Positions 28,160-38,399 of a stretch of DNA of 64,000 nt are shown here, in pieces. Source of the stretch: a virus; the IMG/VR virus record IMGVR_UViG_3300035698_017437, positions 64,001 through 128,000 of that record; one strand, given 5' to 3'. The notes under the pieces were generated by a model. It had not been told where the DNA came from and did no database searches. It saw nothing but the letters and a program-made list of their open reading frames with translations. Every line of letters begins with the position of its first letter. Position 1 is the first letter of the stretch. A program made the translations under genes and the position numbers.

Positions 28160-29422
28160 ATGAAAAATTATATTGAAGTAAACAAAGAACATGAAAAGGC
28201 TATTCAGGAATCCCTATTTGAATCTCAAGGATATGGACAATATGAATGTGGCGCCATTGAAAATTTAGATGAAGCTTTGATCACTTTTGGCAAATCTGCT
28301 TATCCTAGAGGTGGTCACGTGGTTATACTTGCTGGTGGGGCATCTTCCGGAAAAGGATTTATTACAGATAAACTTCTTGGTATTGAAGGGAAAACTTTTG
28401 ATGTTGATATATTGAAACAGCTTGCCGCAGGTCATTCTAAATTTAGAGGAGTATTAGAAGATTCATTCAAAGATTTAATTAATGCTGGGGAAATTGATAA
28501 AATGCCAGATATTAACAAAATCTTGACTGATCCTAATGCTTTGCGAGATCCAGATAATGTTCACGCTTTTCATCTGGCATTGGAGAAAACCCAATGGTCA
28601 GATAAAATTCAAAAAAATGTTTTCAAGAATATTGCCGGAAAGAAAGTTGAAGATAAAATCAATCTTATTTTTGATGTTACTTTAGCAAATATCTCAAAAT
28701 TGAAATCTATTACATATGATATAAATCTTCTTGGTTATCCTAAAGAAAATATTCATATCGTTTGGATTGTCAATGATGTGGAAATTGCTAAAGTTCAAAA
28801 CTCAAAAAGAGATAGAGTTGTTCCTGAGGATATCCTAGTTGATACACATAAAGGTGCTTCTAGAACAATGTCAGATATTATTGGAATGGGGACTAAACTC
28901 AGAAAATATATGGATGGAGCAATCTATATTGCTTTCAATAAAATTGGTGTTGATGCGGATGTTGAATTCGGTGATAGAACTAAATGGACAAAAGAAACTT
29001 TAGTTGTTGTCAATAAATCAAATTATGTTCGTATCAAAGATCAAGGAAAACCTATCAAAGCTGACCAAATAGGTAGATCTATAATATCAAAAGTAAAACG
29101 ATATGTTCCTAGAGATACTTTTTTTGTTCCTAAGCAAAAAGGAAAGGGATCCAAGAAGATGAAAGATTTTTCAAAGAAGAAAAAAGTTAATAAAGGAGAT
29201 TGTATGGAAATTTTATTGAAATTTAATACGAAGGATAAAGAGATTATCCTCACCAAAGAAGAAGCAAAAACACTCTATAATGAATTGAAAGAAATTTTTG
29301 AGGCAAAGATAACCGCTCCTTCTTTTCCGTATACTGGTATAAGAAAAATTTCTGAACCTCTAGAAACTAATCCTTATTCTTTTCCATATCTTGATGATGT
29401 ACCACCCCGGATAATATACTAG
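28160..29422 (+). CDS. P-loop kinase (zeta/AAA_33-like), apparently read in frame into a downstream small gene (internal RBS+ATG at 29203)
   Basis: VILAGGASSGKG, FDVD, LIFDVT, NSKRDRVVP. Confidence 0.7.
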   Translation: MKNYIEVNKEHEKAIQESLFESQGYGQYECGAIENLDEALITFGKSAYPRGGHVVILAGGASSGKGFITDKLLGIEGKTFDVDILKQLAAGHSKFRGVLEDSFKDLINAGEIDKMPDINKILTDPNALRDPDNVHAFHLALEKTQWSDKIQKNVFKNIAGKKVEDKINLIFDVTLANISKLKSITYDINLLGYPKENIHIVWIVNDVEIAKVQNSKRDRVVPEDILVDTHKGASRTMSDIIGMGTKLRKYMDGAIYIAFNKIGVDADVEFGDRTKWTKETLVVVNKSNYVRIKDQGKPIKADQIGRSIISKVKRYVPRDTFFVPKQKGKGSKKMKDFSKKKKVNKGDCMEILLKFNTKDKEIILTKEEAKTLYNELKEIFEAKITAPSFPYTGIRKISEPLETNPYSFPYLDDVPPRIIY

Positions 29423-29721
29423 ACATATATTCAACCAATAGGCATGAAACATAATCATGAAGAATATGAAACGAGCAGAAAGACGAGGACATTATAATAG
29501 ATTGAAAAGAAATCGTAAGAATTATTATGGAAGGGGTTTGGAAGGAAGTACTCCTATGTCAGAAGGTCAATTAGGTTGTACTGTCAATACTCCAACTCCT
29601 TGCTCTTGTTCTATGTGTACTAATGGAAGGAGAAATTCTTGGAATAACTCAAAAGAGAAATTAACCTTACAAGAACAGAAACAGCTTTTTGAATCTAAGG
29701 AAGAATTAGAGACAGAACATT

Positions 29722-30435
29722 ATGAGTAATGGCATATACATTGTTGGAGATCTCCATTGTGATTGGGGATCACTCAACACATTCATAAACAAAAAGAATC
29801 CTGCTATGATTTTACAGGTTGGTGATTTTGGTTTTTGGCCCAATGAAACGTATACAAAAAGAGAATTGTATACAGGATATACAGATATTCCAAAGAAGAA
29901 ATATAAATATTGGGATGAAGGACTAATCAAGAATAAAGGAACAAAAATCCATTGGTGTGATGGGAATCATGAAAACCATACTGAATTAGAAAAGTTGGAG
30001 GATAATGAAATATTTCCGGGTATCATTTATCAACCTAGAGGATCTGTTCTAACCTTACCTGATGGAAGAAATGTGTTGTTTATCGGAGGAGCTTTATCAA
30101 TAGATAAACAGTATAGAACTATCGGTAAGGATTGGTTCCCTCAAGAATTGATAACTCAAAGACAAATATATGATTTACCAGATATTCATATTGATATTGT
30201 GATATCTCACACCTGTCCAATAGAATTTCTTTATGGACTTGATTTGGGTATAAAATTACAAGATCCATGTAATAGAGCGTTATCTATGGTATTAGAAAAA
30301 TATAAACCCAAAGAATGGTTCTTTGGACACTTCCATCAAACAAAATCTGGATATAAAAATGAATGTAAATGGACTTGTCTAGATATGCCCAGAAACTCTG
30401 GTAAATGGTGGACTAAATTAGGAGAGAGATTATAA
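29722..30435 (+). CDS. calcineurin-like metallophosphoesterase
   Basis: GDLH, VGDFG, GNHE, SHTCP, FGHFH. Confidence 0.92.
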   Translation: MSNGIYIVGDLHCDWGSLNTFINKKNPAMILQVGDFGFWPNETYTKRELYTGYTDIPKKKYKYWDEGLIKNKGTKIHWCDGNHENHTELEKLEDNEIFPGIIYQPRGSVLTLPDGRNVLFIGGALSIDKQYRTIGKDWFPQELITQRQIYDLPDIHIDIVISHTCPIEFLYGLDLGIKLQDPCNRALSMVLEKYKPKEWFFGHFHQTKSGYKNECKWTCLDMPRNSGKWWTKLGERL

Positions 30436-30648
30436 TGAATTATTGTGGAGAAGTGATAGGATGGTTGTTGGTAGCTGTTCTGATTTTGGTTATAGGAGGA
30501 ATTATAGTACACTCAGCTGGATATAAATCAGGACAATTAGAAGCAATGAAAGATAAGTATCATTACCAATTAGTCCAAGAGAAGGATCAAGAAACAAAAT
30601 GGAAGAGAAAAACCGAATCAATAACCCTAAAAGAAACAGGATACAATA

Positions 30649-30879
30649 ATGAAAACCTATAGTGAAGTAAACGAAGCCAAGAAAGATAGAACAATCCTCC
30701 TTTCAGAACTGCCAGATAAACATAAGAAATTTGCCGAAAAGAATATAATGAAAGATAAAGTATATTATTCCTCTTCGGATGATTTTGTTGATGTTTGGTC
30801 CAATATGAAAAAGGAAGTAGAGGGATTCAAAGAGCTTTTCCAATATACTGATTTCCGCCAAGTTATTAGAGACAAATAA
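30649..30879 (+). CDS. candidate internal head protein
   Basis: MKTYSEVNE|A N-terminus. Confidence 0.5.
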   Translation: MKTYSEVNEAKKDRTILLSELPDKHKKFAEKNIMKDKVYYSSSDDFVDVWSNMKKEVEGFKELFQYTDFRQVIRDK

Positions 30880-30893
30880 GGTGAAGAAATGTG

Positions 30894-30973
30894 TTGACTT
30901 CTCATTCTATACATGTTATAATAGTGTATACAGAATGAGAAAACCACATAATTCAAAATGAGGATTCAAAATG
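30894..30973 (+). promoter_or_regulatory. early promoter/leader cassette copy
   Basis: TTGACT-17-TATAAT-AGTGTATACAGAATGAGAAA...TAATTCAAAATG. Confidence 0.9.
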
Positions 30974-31136
30974 GATATGACTGATTATGGCATTACTATT
31001 CTACCAGATGAAGATGCGGTATATTTGGATATTGATAATGAAGGAGTATACCTATCGTCTTCAATGTTAGAAATATATATTGAGGAACTTGTGAAGGCTA
31101 AAGTAGAGATTGATCATATAATTTTGGAGAGTTCAA

Positions 31137-31655
31137 ATGAATAGTAATAAAAGGGTATATATTGTGAATGGTCGTCCTAGAGCAGGAAAAGGAACTCTAA
31201 TCCAAATCATGAAGGATAATTATCCTGTTCATCATCTTTCAACCGTGGATACAGTGAAAGTTCTAGCTAGACAAATGGGTTGGAATGGGACTAAAACTCC
31301 TGAAAATCGCCAAATGCTTTCTGACCTAAAAGATTTCTATTCAAAGAATTTTGATGGACCTTTTAGAGAGATGACTGAAGCTACCAACTCCCATGATTAT
31401 TGTGTCTTTGAGATTAGGGAACCAAAAGAAATTGAAAGACTCCAAAAATGGTGTGAACTTAATTGGATTATTTGTGATACTATTTTGGTACAATCCGACA
31501 AACATGATGCCACCTCTACTTGCCATTCAGATGTAAATGTTGATGGTTTTGATTATCGTTATATAGTAAACAATTACAATTCATTAGATGATTATGAACA
31601 TAACTGTAAAGAATTCTTAAAATCTATTATGGATGAAGATGAAGAAGATGAATAA
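31137..31655 (+). CDS. dNMP-kinase-like P-loop protein
   Basis: IVNGRPRAGKGT, IREPKEI, HSD....FDY...NN. Confidence 0.7.
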   Translation: MNSNKRVYIVNGRPRAGKGTLIQIMKDNYPVHHLSTVDTVKVLARQMGWNGTKTPENRQMLSDLKDFYSKNFDGPFREMTEATNSHDYCVFEIREPKEIERLQKWCELNWIICDTILVQSDKHDATSTCHSDVNVDGFDYRYIVNNYNSLDDYEHNCKEFLKSIMDEDEEDE

Positions 31656-32288
31656 AACAATTTTGATTCTTAGTGGAGTTTTGATCGGGTTTAGTTCGCC
31701 TGTATTAGCTGAAAATCCTTTTTCGGGATTGAGCGACGTTGGAAAGATATTACAAGGAGTTTCTATAGTTAGAGGATTAACAGATGGAACTCCTATAGAA
31801 AAAAGACTCCAAACTAGTGCTTTTGATTATAACTCTCAAATTTCCCATTATGTTCGTCCTGTACATGTAGAAACCTATTATAAACAAAAATTAGAAATAG
31901 CAACTTCCAATATCGCATGGGAAGCAAGGAAATCATTATATAAAGGGAGAGAATAATGAATAATGAATACCGAATCAAACATTACCGATTTTATGAGAGG
32001 GGAAGTTTTACTATGGTATCAAAAACAAAAGGTCAATATATAATATTTTCATTGGCATTTTGTTCACCCAAAGATAATTTCAGCAAGAAGAAAGGAGTTG
32101 CTATTTGTGGAAACCGGCTTGCTGGAATCTCACCTAACGCAGTATTCAAGTTACATATATATCAACATGTAGTCCTAACAGACAAGATTGCGAATTGCTT
32201 AAGCTTTCTTTATCTCTTGCCGGAATGGGTATTCCTGAGTTTGGAAAGGGTCTAATCCGTGAAGCTATTTCATATGCTGTAAATTGAT

Positions 32289-32849
32289 ATGTTGGCGATT
32301 GCTGGAGTAGATTATTCAATGAATAGTCCTGCTGTATGTATTCATACAGGAAAGGAATGGAATGTCACAAACTGTGAGTTCCATTTTTTCCATAAAAAAT
32401 TCACTAAACAGGATAATTTATATCCTTCTTTATATCCGATATATACCGAAGATTTCAATAATACAGACAGATTCTATAAACTTGCCCAATGGGTTATAGA
32501 TACTGGTATAGGTAAATGTGATTATATTGGACTGGAGGGTTTTGCCTATGGTGCGAAAGGAAGGGCAGTATTCAGTATCCCTGAAGCTACGGGGTTTATG
32601 AAATGTATGGTTTGTCATACCCATGGTATGACTTTTGAGACTTTTTCACCAGGACAAGTCAAAAAGATGGCAACAGGAAAGGGAAATTCAAAAAAAGAAA
32701 TCATTGAAGAACATTTCATCAAAGAAACAGGAATAGTATTGAGAGATATTATTGGACAATCTCCTAAATCTGTTACTCCTTCCTCAGATATCCATGATTC
32801 TTATTATGTCACCAAATTATTATGGGAAAAGATTCATCTTGACAAGTGA
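32289..32849 (+). CDS. RuvC-like Holliday junction resolvase
   Basis: GVDYSMNSPA, LEGFAYG, VKKMATGKGNSKK, DIHDSY. Confidence 0.85.
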   Translation: MLAIAGVDYSMNSPAVCIHTGKEWNVTNCEFHFFHKKFTKQDNLYPSLYPIYTEDFNNTDRFYKLAQWVIDTGIGKCDYIGLEGFAYGAKGRAVFSIPEATGFMKCMVCHTHGMTFETFSPGQVKKMATGKGNSKKEIIEEHFIKETGIVLRDIIGQSPKSVTPSSDIHDSYYVTKLLWEKIHLDK

Positions 32850-33124
32850 TATCCAATATGTTATAATTGAAAAAATTATCTGAACCCTAAATGGAGAGAA
32901 CGAATGAAAAAATTAAAATTCTGGCGTAAACGATCAAAAAATATTCATCTTGCGGATAACAAATTAACAAAAGCTGAAATTGTGGGATTTCTGGGAGAAA
33001 GAGGATATGACCAAAGTAGATCTGTTAAATTGACTCTAAGAACATTGAAAATCATTTGGTCTAACCTCAACAAGAAAGATGCTAGAAAAGCTCAAGAGCG
33101 TATGATAGCAGAAGGGAGTTGGGT

Positions 33125-33619
33125 ATGATTCTGCTTGATTTTAATGCCATTGCAATTGCGACTATCATGATACAACTAAGTCAGGATGAATCAATTGTCA
33201 ATGAGGATTTCATTACTCATTCCATACTCAACTCCGTAAGAAAAAGAAATAAACAATTTAGAAATGAATATGGCAAAATGGTTATCTGTTGTGATTCAGG
33301 AAATGTATGGAGAAAAAAAGTATTTCCATTATATAAAGCAAATCGTCTGAAGAATAGAGAAAAGGATGATTATGATTGGGATATGATCCATGAGGCTATT
33401 CACAAAACCGAAGAGGTTTTGAGGATGAGTTTTCCTTATCTTGTAATGAAAGTTGATACTGCTGAAGCTGATGATATTATTGCTCGGTTGAGTTATAATA
33501 TTTTTGAAGAGAAACCTAATGTTATAGTTTCAAATGATAGGGACTTCCTTCAACTAATCTCGCCTTCATGTTCAGTATTTAGGCCCACATCTGAAGAGAC
33601 TATAATATTCAAGCCTTGA
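33125..33619 (+). CDS. rnh: T4-type RNase H / 5'-3' exonuclease, N-terminal part
   Basis: ILLDF, D...WRK...P.YKANR, EADDII, IVSNDRDFLQL. Confidence 0.9.
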   Translation: MILLDFNAIAIATIMIQLSQDESIVNEDFITHSILNSVRKRNKQFRNEYGKMVICCDSGNVWRKKVFPLYKANRLKNREKDDYDWDMIHEAIHKTEEVLRMSFPYLVMKVDTAEADDIIARLSYNIFEEKPNVIVSNDRDFLQLISPSCSVFRPTSEETIIFKP

Positions 33620-34277
33620 TTATTTCCCATCCTTCAGTTAGTAATCCTTTTTCTGTTAATCTAGTGGCCTTTTTATTAGGTTTAATAACACCTTTGTTTA
33701 TATTTCCATATAAGCGGGAAAATGATAAACCATGTTTTTTTGAGAACGAGGCCAATTCTCCATGAATATTATATAATATTCCAAGAGGAGAAATTATATT
33801 ATATTTTTGAGCATGTTTATTGTTTTTCCCTTTACAAGCTTTAGAGCAGGCTGTATGGATATTATTTCTTTTATTTATGTCTGGTACTCTGATATGTAAG
33901 GGTATTCCAAAAGAGGGATTCTTTTCTCCGGACAAAGCAAAACTCAATTTATCTCGGGTTTCTTCTGAAATTGTTAGACCTCCCTGACCGCCTAGACCTC
34001 CCGTCTTGACATTATATGTGCTTCTAGAGTCTACAAAGGCAGAATCTACAAGATCTCTTTCCTTAGAATATGCTGATGTTTCTGAAACAAAAGAGAATAA
34101 TACTATTTTACTGAAATTATCTTTTCCATATTTTTTTATAGCTCTCAAAAGAATCTTGCCAGATCCTAAATAAGAATCGTTTGGATCTGTAGTAGAGTGT
34201 TTGCCAACATATATTTTTTGATTCACTAAACAAGTTGTTTGATATACTGTATGATAAATAGTTTTAGCTTGAGACAT
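33609..34277 (-). mobile_element. free-standing GIY-YIG (Seg-like) homing endonuclease with NUMOD3
   Basis: VYQTT.LVNQKIYVGKH...YLGSG..L..AIKKYG..NF, YN...GG; SEETRDKLS..GEKNP; RBS ggag before ATG 34277. Confidence 0.9.
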
Positions 34278-34306
34278 TTCTAACTCCATAGAAAAGTTTT
34301 AGGTTA

Positions 34307-34356
34307 GAAAAGAAAGTTGTTGACGCAACTTTCTTTTCGTGTTATAGTTATTTATA
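34307..34356. promoter_or_regulatory. divergent promoter/hairpin element
   Basis: + strand TTGACG(34320)-17-TATAGT within inverted repeat gaaaagaaagttg/caactttcttttc; - strand TATAAATA at 34349-34356. Confidence 0.7.
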
Positions 34357-34391
34357 TAAATTGAATTATAACTCTAAGAAAGGAGAAAACA

Positions 34392-34841
34392 TTGAAAAGA
34401 ATAATGATGGAGCCTAATGATATCAAAAGAACTTTATTTGACCATTTTTGTAGAGGCGACTCTTCTGATGGTATTCCCAATATTGTTTCAGATGAGGATG
34501 TTTTCATTTGTGAAGAGAAGAGACAGAAATGTATATTTGCTAAAAAGTTAGATATTTGGTATCCTTTATATGTTGAAAGTCCTTCTTTATTCTTCAAAGA
34601 AATTGGTCAGGAAATGTCTGTCAAATTTGAAAGGAACAGAATTCTGATTGATTTGAATAAAATTCCTGAAGATCTAATTATATCTATCAATAATGAATTT
34701 GAAAATGAATGTAAGTTGCCTTGTCCTGGCAAAATGGAGATTCTCAACTATTTTGCTAACAATAAAATGAAACTTCTTGCTAGTTGTGTTGGAGATTTCA
34801 CAGGACCGACAAGAACTAATTCATTAGCTGAATTTCTATAA
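34392..34841 (+). CDS. rnh: T4-type RNase H, C-terminal part
   Basis: RGDSSDGIPNI (H3TH), FERNRILIDL..IP; own RBS aaggag + TTG. Confidence 0.9.
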   Translation: MKRIMMEPNDIKRTLFDHFCRGDSSDGIPNIVSDEDVFICEEKRQKCIFAKKLDIWYPLYVESPSLFFKEIGQEMSVKFERNRILIDLNKIPEDLIISINNEFENECKLPCPGKMEILNYFANNKMKLLASCVGDFTGPTRTNSLAEFL

Positions 34842-34866
34842 ATAAGAACAATACTAACCTTAACAT

Positions 34867-35379
34867 ATGAGAGATATTATGTCTAAAATGACAGTAGAAG
34901 AGAAACAATTGGTTCTAAATAATAAAGTAAAAGCTGGGAAACTTCAGGTATTTATTCCTGAACTATTTGAAACAGTTGTGGAGTTTGGATCAAGAAATGA
35001 TAAAATTGAAACTTTACGAAATAATGCTTCTAAAGCGTTATTCAATCTTCTCTTTCTAACCTTTACTGATGTTGAATGGGTGGTTGATCCTAAAGAAGCC
35101 TCGAAAATAAAATTTGAAGATTTAGATATCAATGATTATACAATGGCTGCTTCCACCTTGATGAAGGAACATTTACGATTCAAACATCTTGTAAGATTGG
35201 GAAATAATAATATCACCAAAGAAAAGGCTTCTATTCTTATCAGTCAAATGTATTCCTCAATGTATGAAAAGGATGTTGAGGTAATGAGAGGGATGTTTCT
35301 TGGGAAAATTCCATATAAAGGAATCACTGAAAAATTAATTCGTGAAGCATTTCCAAATCTTTTACCTCAGGTGAAATAA
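34867..35379 (+). CDS. conserved T4-like phage protein
   Basis: KIETLR....YKGITEKLIREAFPNLLP; late promoter at 34837. Confidence 0.65.
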   Translation: MRDIMSKMTVEEKQLVLNNKVKAGKLQVFIPELFETVVEFGSRNDKIETLRNNASKALFNLLFLTFTDVEWVVDPKEASKIKFEDLDINDYTMAASTLMKEHLRFKHLVRLGNNNITKEKASILISQMYSSMYEKDVEVMRGMFLGKIPYKGITEKLIREAFPNLLPQVK

Positions 35380-35546
35380 TGATAGAGAAATGTGGAAATT
35401 GTAAATTCTGGAAAGAATCTTGGGAATTTGGTTTTCCTATACCTAATGAAGGTTTTTGTAATAGATATCCTGTAGAAAATAAAACAAATAGTTCTCAATA
35501 TTGTGGCGAATTCAAGCCCAAAACGCTTAATGAGGGAAAATAATAT

Positions 35547-35813
35547 ATGCCAATTTATACTTTCTCCTGCCAGGAATGTGATGAGATTTGGGAAAACCAA
35601 TTTCTTATTGAGGACCGAGGAATTCCTCTTGATGAACCTTGTCCTTATTGTAACACAAAGGACAAGATTCAAAGGAATATAACTCCTGTTTCTATTGCTC
35701 ATACTTTAACTGTTTTATCAGGGAAAAAAATGGATTCTGAAGTGAAAAACCGAATTGATAAAATCAGGAACACTCCTGGAGCTTCTAAAGAAACCACTCA
35801 ATTACAATTTTAG
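35547..35813 (+). CDS. FmdB-family zinc ribbon protein
   Basis: MPIYTFSCQEC...CPYC. Confidence 0.8.
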   Translation: MPIYTFSCQECDEIWENQFLIEDRGIPLDEPCPYCNTKDKIQRNITPVSIAHTLTVLSGKKMDSEVKNRIDKIRNTPGASKETTQLQF

Positions 35814-35816
35814 ATT

Positions 35817-36026
35817 ATGATTTATTCTTATCAATGTCCCGATTGTGGGACAATAACAGACAAATTTACATCCAATTATAATTTGAATGCTATTGATTGT
35901 CCCGAATGTAAAGCTTCTAGACAATTGATTGTGTCTGCCCCTAAGATTGTTGCTCATTGTTCTTTCCAATTGAAAGGCCCTGGTTGGGAAGCCGATGGAT
36001 ATTCTTCTGTAAAATCAAATACATAA
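35817..36026 (+). CDS. FmdB-family zinc ribbon protein
   Basis: YSYQCPDC...CPEC...FQLKGPGWEADGY. Confidence 0.85.
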   Translation: MIYSYQCPDCGTITDKFTSNYNLNAIDCPECKASRQLIVSAPKIVAHCSFQLKGPGWEADGYSSVKSNT

Positions 36027-36130
36027 CCATAGAAGATGTCTAGGAGCTTGATCACTGAATGATAAATAGTTTTCTATACTAGCATTCATTTGGATTGGAA
36101 CTCTTCACCTAGACTCACCGAGGTATCAAA

Positions 36131-36565
36131 ATGAGAATAATCACAATTTTAGTTTTTATAACAATTTATTTAATTCCATCAACAGGATATGGAGATTGGA
36201 TAGAAGACTTTGAAATAAACACCGCCGCCCAAGGAATAGAAGTTGCTGTAAGTGGAGCTCTTGAATTAGGAAGATCTCCATATGAAATTTTAGAACATGG
36301 ATTATTGAATTTAGATAATAATCCTCAACGTGTATTGAAAGCTTTATATTGTGAAGGAGTTGATGGAGAAGATATCAAAAAAGCATCAAATGAATTAGAT
36401 ATTTCTGATCTAATTCTTGTATCAGCTTTTGAAAAAAGTATAGCTGAATGTGGAGATGCTGTAGCTGATTCACAGGCATATACTCCTATAAAGGTTTCCT
36501 TTTCTGGACTTCCTTCAATTTCTTCAAAAACAACCTCTAGATTGTCTTCTCCTTCTACATTTTAG
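36131..36565 (+). CDS. secreted host-like hypothetical protein
   Basis: signal peptide; KALYC.G...KSI.ECGD...DSQAYTP...SPSTF, recalled as Desulfobulbales-like. Confidence 0.55.
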   Translation: MRIITILVFITIYLIPSTGYGDWIEDFEINTAAQGIEVAVSGALELGRSPYEILEHGLLNLDNNPQRVLKALYCEGVDGEDIKKASNELDISDLILVSAFEKSIAECGDAVADSQAYTPIKVSFSGLPSISSKTTSRLSSPSTF

Positions 36566-36580
36566 GATATATATATATAT

Positions 36581-37246
36581 ATGAAACGTTTCACCTCGGT
36601 TGAAGGAATAACCAGAACAAAAGATCCTATTGGAAGAGTTTATAATACTCCAATGGGATCTTTTTATTCAGTCACTACTATATTAGGCAAGACAAAAGAT
36701 ATGTCTGGTCTTGATGAATGGAGAAAAAGAATAGGAAATAAACCTGCTGATAGAATCCTCAAACTTGCTGGTCTTGATGGAACATGTTTTCATGAAATGC
36801 TTGAAGCTTCTTTAGATGGGAAAGAATATACAGGAATACAATATCCAATAGGGAAAAGATTATATAGACAAGCTTATCCTATAGCTAAAAAGAATGTTGG
36901 TCATATATACGCTCAAGAATTATACATTTTTTCTAAAACATTGAAATTAGCTGGTACTGTTGATCTTGTAGCTGATTGGAATGGGATTCCATCAATTATA
37001 GATTTCAAATCTTGTGGATATTTACCGAAAGATGATAGATATATCAAAGACTATTGGATACAAATTTCCCTATATAGACACATGATTGAGGAAATGTATG
37101 GACTATCATGTCCTCAATTAGTTTTATTATTCTCAGCAAAGAAAGTTCAAAGAGCTAAAGTTATTACTTGTCACCACAACAAATATGCGAGGGATACAAT
37201 AGAAAGAGTAAAAGAATGGCGATTATGGTTGACAGAGAATGCGTGA
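36581..37246 (+). CDS. PD-(D/E)XK exonuclease (Cas4/RecB-like, T4-like phage family)
   Basis: YSVTTIL, GT.FH, AGTVDLV, IIDFKS, Q...Y. Confidence 0.88.
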   Translation: MKRFTSVEGITRTKDPIGRVYNTPMGSFYSVTTILGKTKDMSGLDEWRKRIGNKPADRILKLAGLDGTCFHEMLEASLDGKEYTGIQYPIGKRLYRQAYPIAKKNVGHIYAQELYIFSKTLKLAGTVDLVADWNGIPSIIDFKSCGYLPKDDRYIKDYWIQISLYRHMIEEMYGLSCPQLVLLFSAKKVQRAKVITCHHNKYARDTIERVKEWRLWLTENA

Positions 37247-37717
37247 TATGTTATAATAGTGTATACCGTAAATGAGAAAAACAATTCTAAAGGGTGGTTA
37301 TTATGATTGAATATGAAATTAAAATTGAACGAGCTTTTCCATTATATCCTTCTGAGAAAATAAAAATAGATTTCTGCTTTGCTGACAGTATTAGCGAGGC
37401 AAAACAGGTGATGAATCATATATATGGTGAAATGATATCTTTTATCTATGTTCGGGAGTTTTGAATGACAAATATAGAATTTGAAGAAATCTTATCCGGT
37501 CTTGTTCAAGAATATAAACCCTTTGAATCTAAAAAATTGGTATCTTTTCTTCGGAAAGATGATGCTTTAGATTATGATGGTTGGATAGAGTTCTATAAAA
37601 TATTGAATGAGTTGGATAATGGTTTGTGTACTTGGTACGAGGCCTTAGATGATTTATTATTTTTATTAGCATAGCGTATAGAAAAGATAAAACACATACT
37701 TCAAAATGGAGAACAAA

Positions 37718-38317
37718 ATGGAATATTCAGTAACTAAAAACGGCAAAAAATTATCTACAGACCTTTATTCCTTTGATGAAGAAACTTTAACATTTTATTC
37801 AAATGAGGACGATCTTGTTTTAGATTTCCATACTTTGTCTGGAGTTACATTCAATACAGGACCATATTGTGTATTCCATACAGGACCATATTGTGTATTC
37901 CATACAGGACCTGAATGTACATTCAATACAGGATATGCTTGTGTATTCACTACAGGATATGCTTGTGTATTCAATACAGGACCATCTTGTGTATTGCATA
38001 CAGGATATGGTTGTGTATTCACTACAGGATATGATTGTACATTCAATACACAAGATGATTGTGTATTCCATACAGGATATGGTTGTGTATTCACTACAGG
38101 ATCATCTTGTGTATTCCATACAGGATCATCTTGTGCAATTGTCCGTAGAGACAATTCTGAAGTTATTATTCCAAAACCTTATGTAGCAATAAAACTGAAT
38201 GATTATGGAGAGAAAGGATTCAAAGAAGTAAAGACGACAAAAACTATCGTTATTGATGGTAAATCTATAGAACTTTCTGAAGAATCTTTTGATGAATTGA
38301 AGGAACAATTGATTTAG
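37718..38317 (+). CDS. octapeptide-repeat (CVFHTGxx) beta-solenoid protein, paralog 2
   Basis: about 12 tandem 24-nt units at roughly 37845-38135. Confidence 0.8.
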   Translation: MEYSVTKNGKKLSTDLYSFDEETLTFYSNEDDLVLDFHTLSGVTFNTGPYCVFHTGPYCVFHTGPECTFNTGYACVFTTGYACVFNTGPSCVLHTGYGCVFTTGYDCTFNTQDDCVFHTGYGCVFTTGSSCVFHTGSSCAIVRRDNSEVIIPKPYVAIKLNDYGEKGFKEVKTTKTIVIDGKSIELSEESFDELKEQLI

Positions 38318-38320
38318 TTG

Positions 38321-38399
38321 TTGATTTCTTATTCTATACATGTTATAATACGTCATACAGAAAATGATAATACATAATTCAAAATGGAGATTCAAAATG
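38321..38399 (+). promoter_or_regulatory. early promoter/leader cassette copy
   Basis: TTGATT-17-TATAAT...TAATTCAAAATGGAGATTCAAAATG. Confidence 0.85.

Noticed and set aside
29100-29422. Second ArfA-like motif (VPKQKGKGSKK) in the kinase tail
   Set aside because: It lacks the YxRK part and lies in a low-complexity Lys-rich linker before an internal RBS/ATG
33620-34391. Group I intron in rnh
   Set aside because: The endonuclease ORF fills the insert on the opposite strand, leaving only about 100 nt with no recognisable P7/catalytic core; the downstream half has its own promoter and RBS
36581-37246. Cas4 as part of a CRISPR system
   Set aside because: It is a stand-alone PD-(D/E)XK exonuclease typical of T4-like phages, with no array or other cas genes
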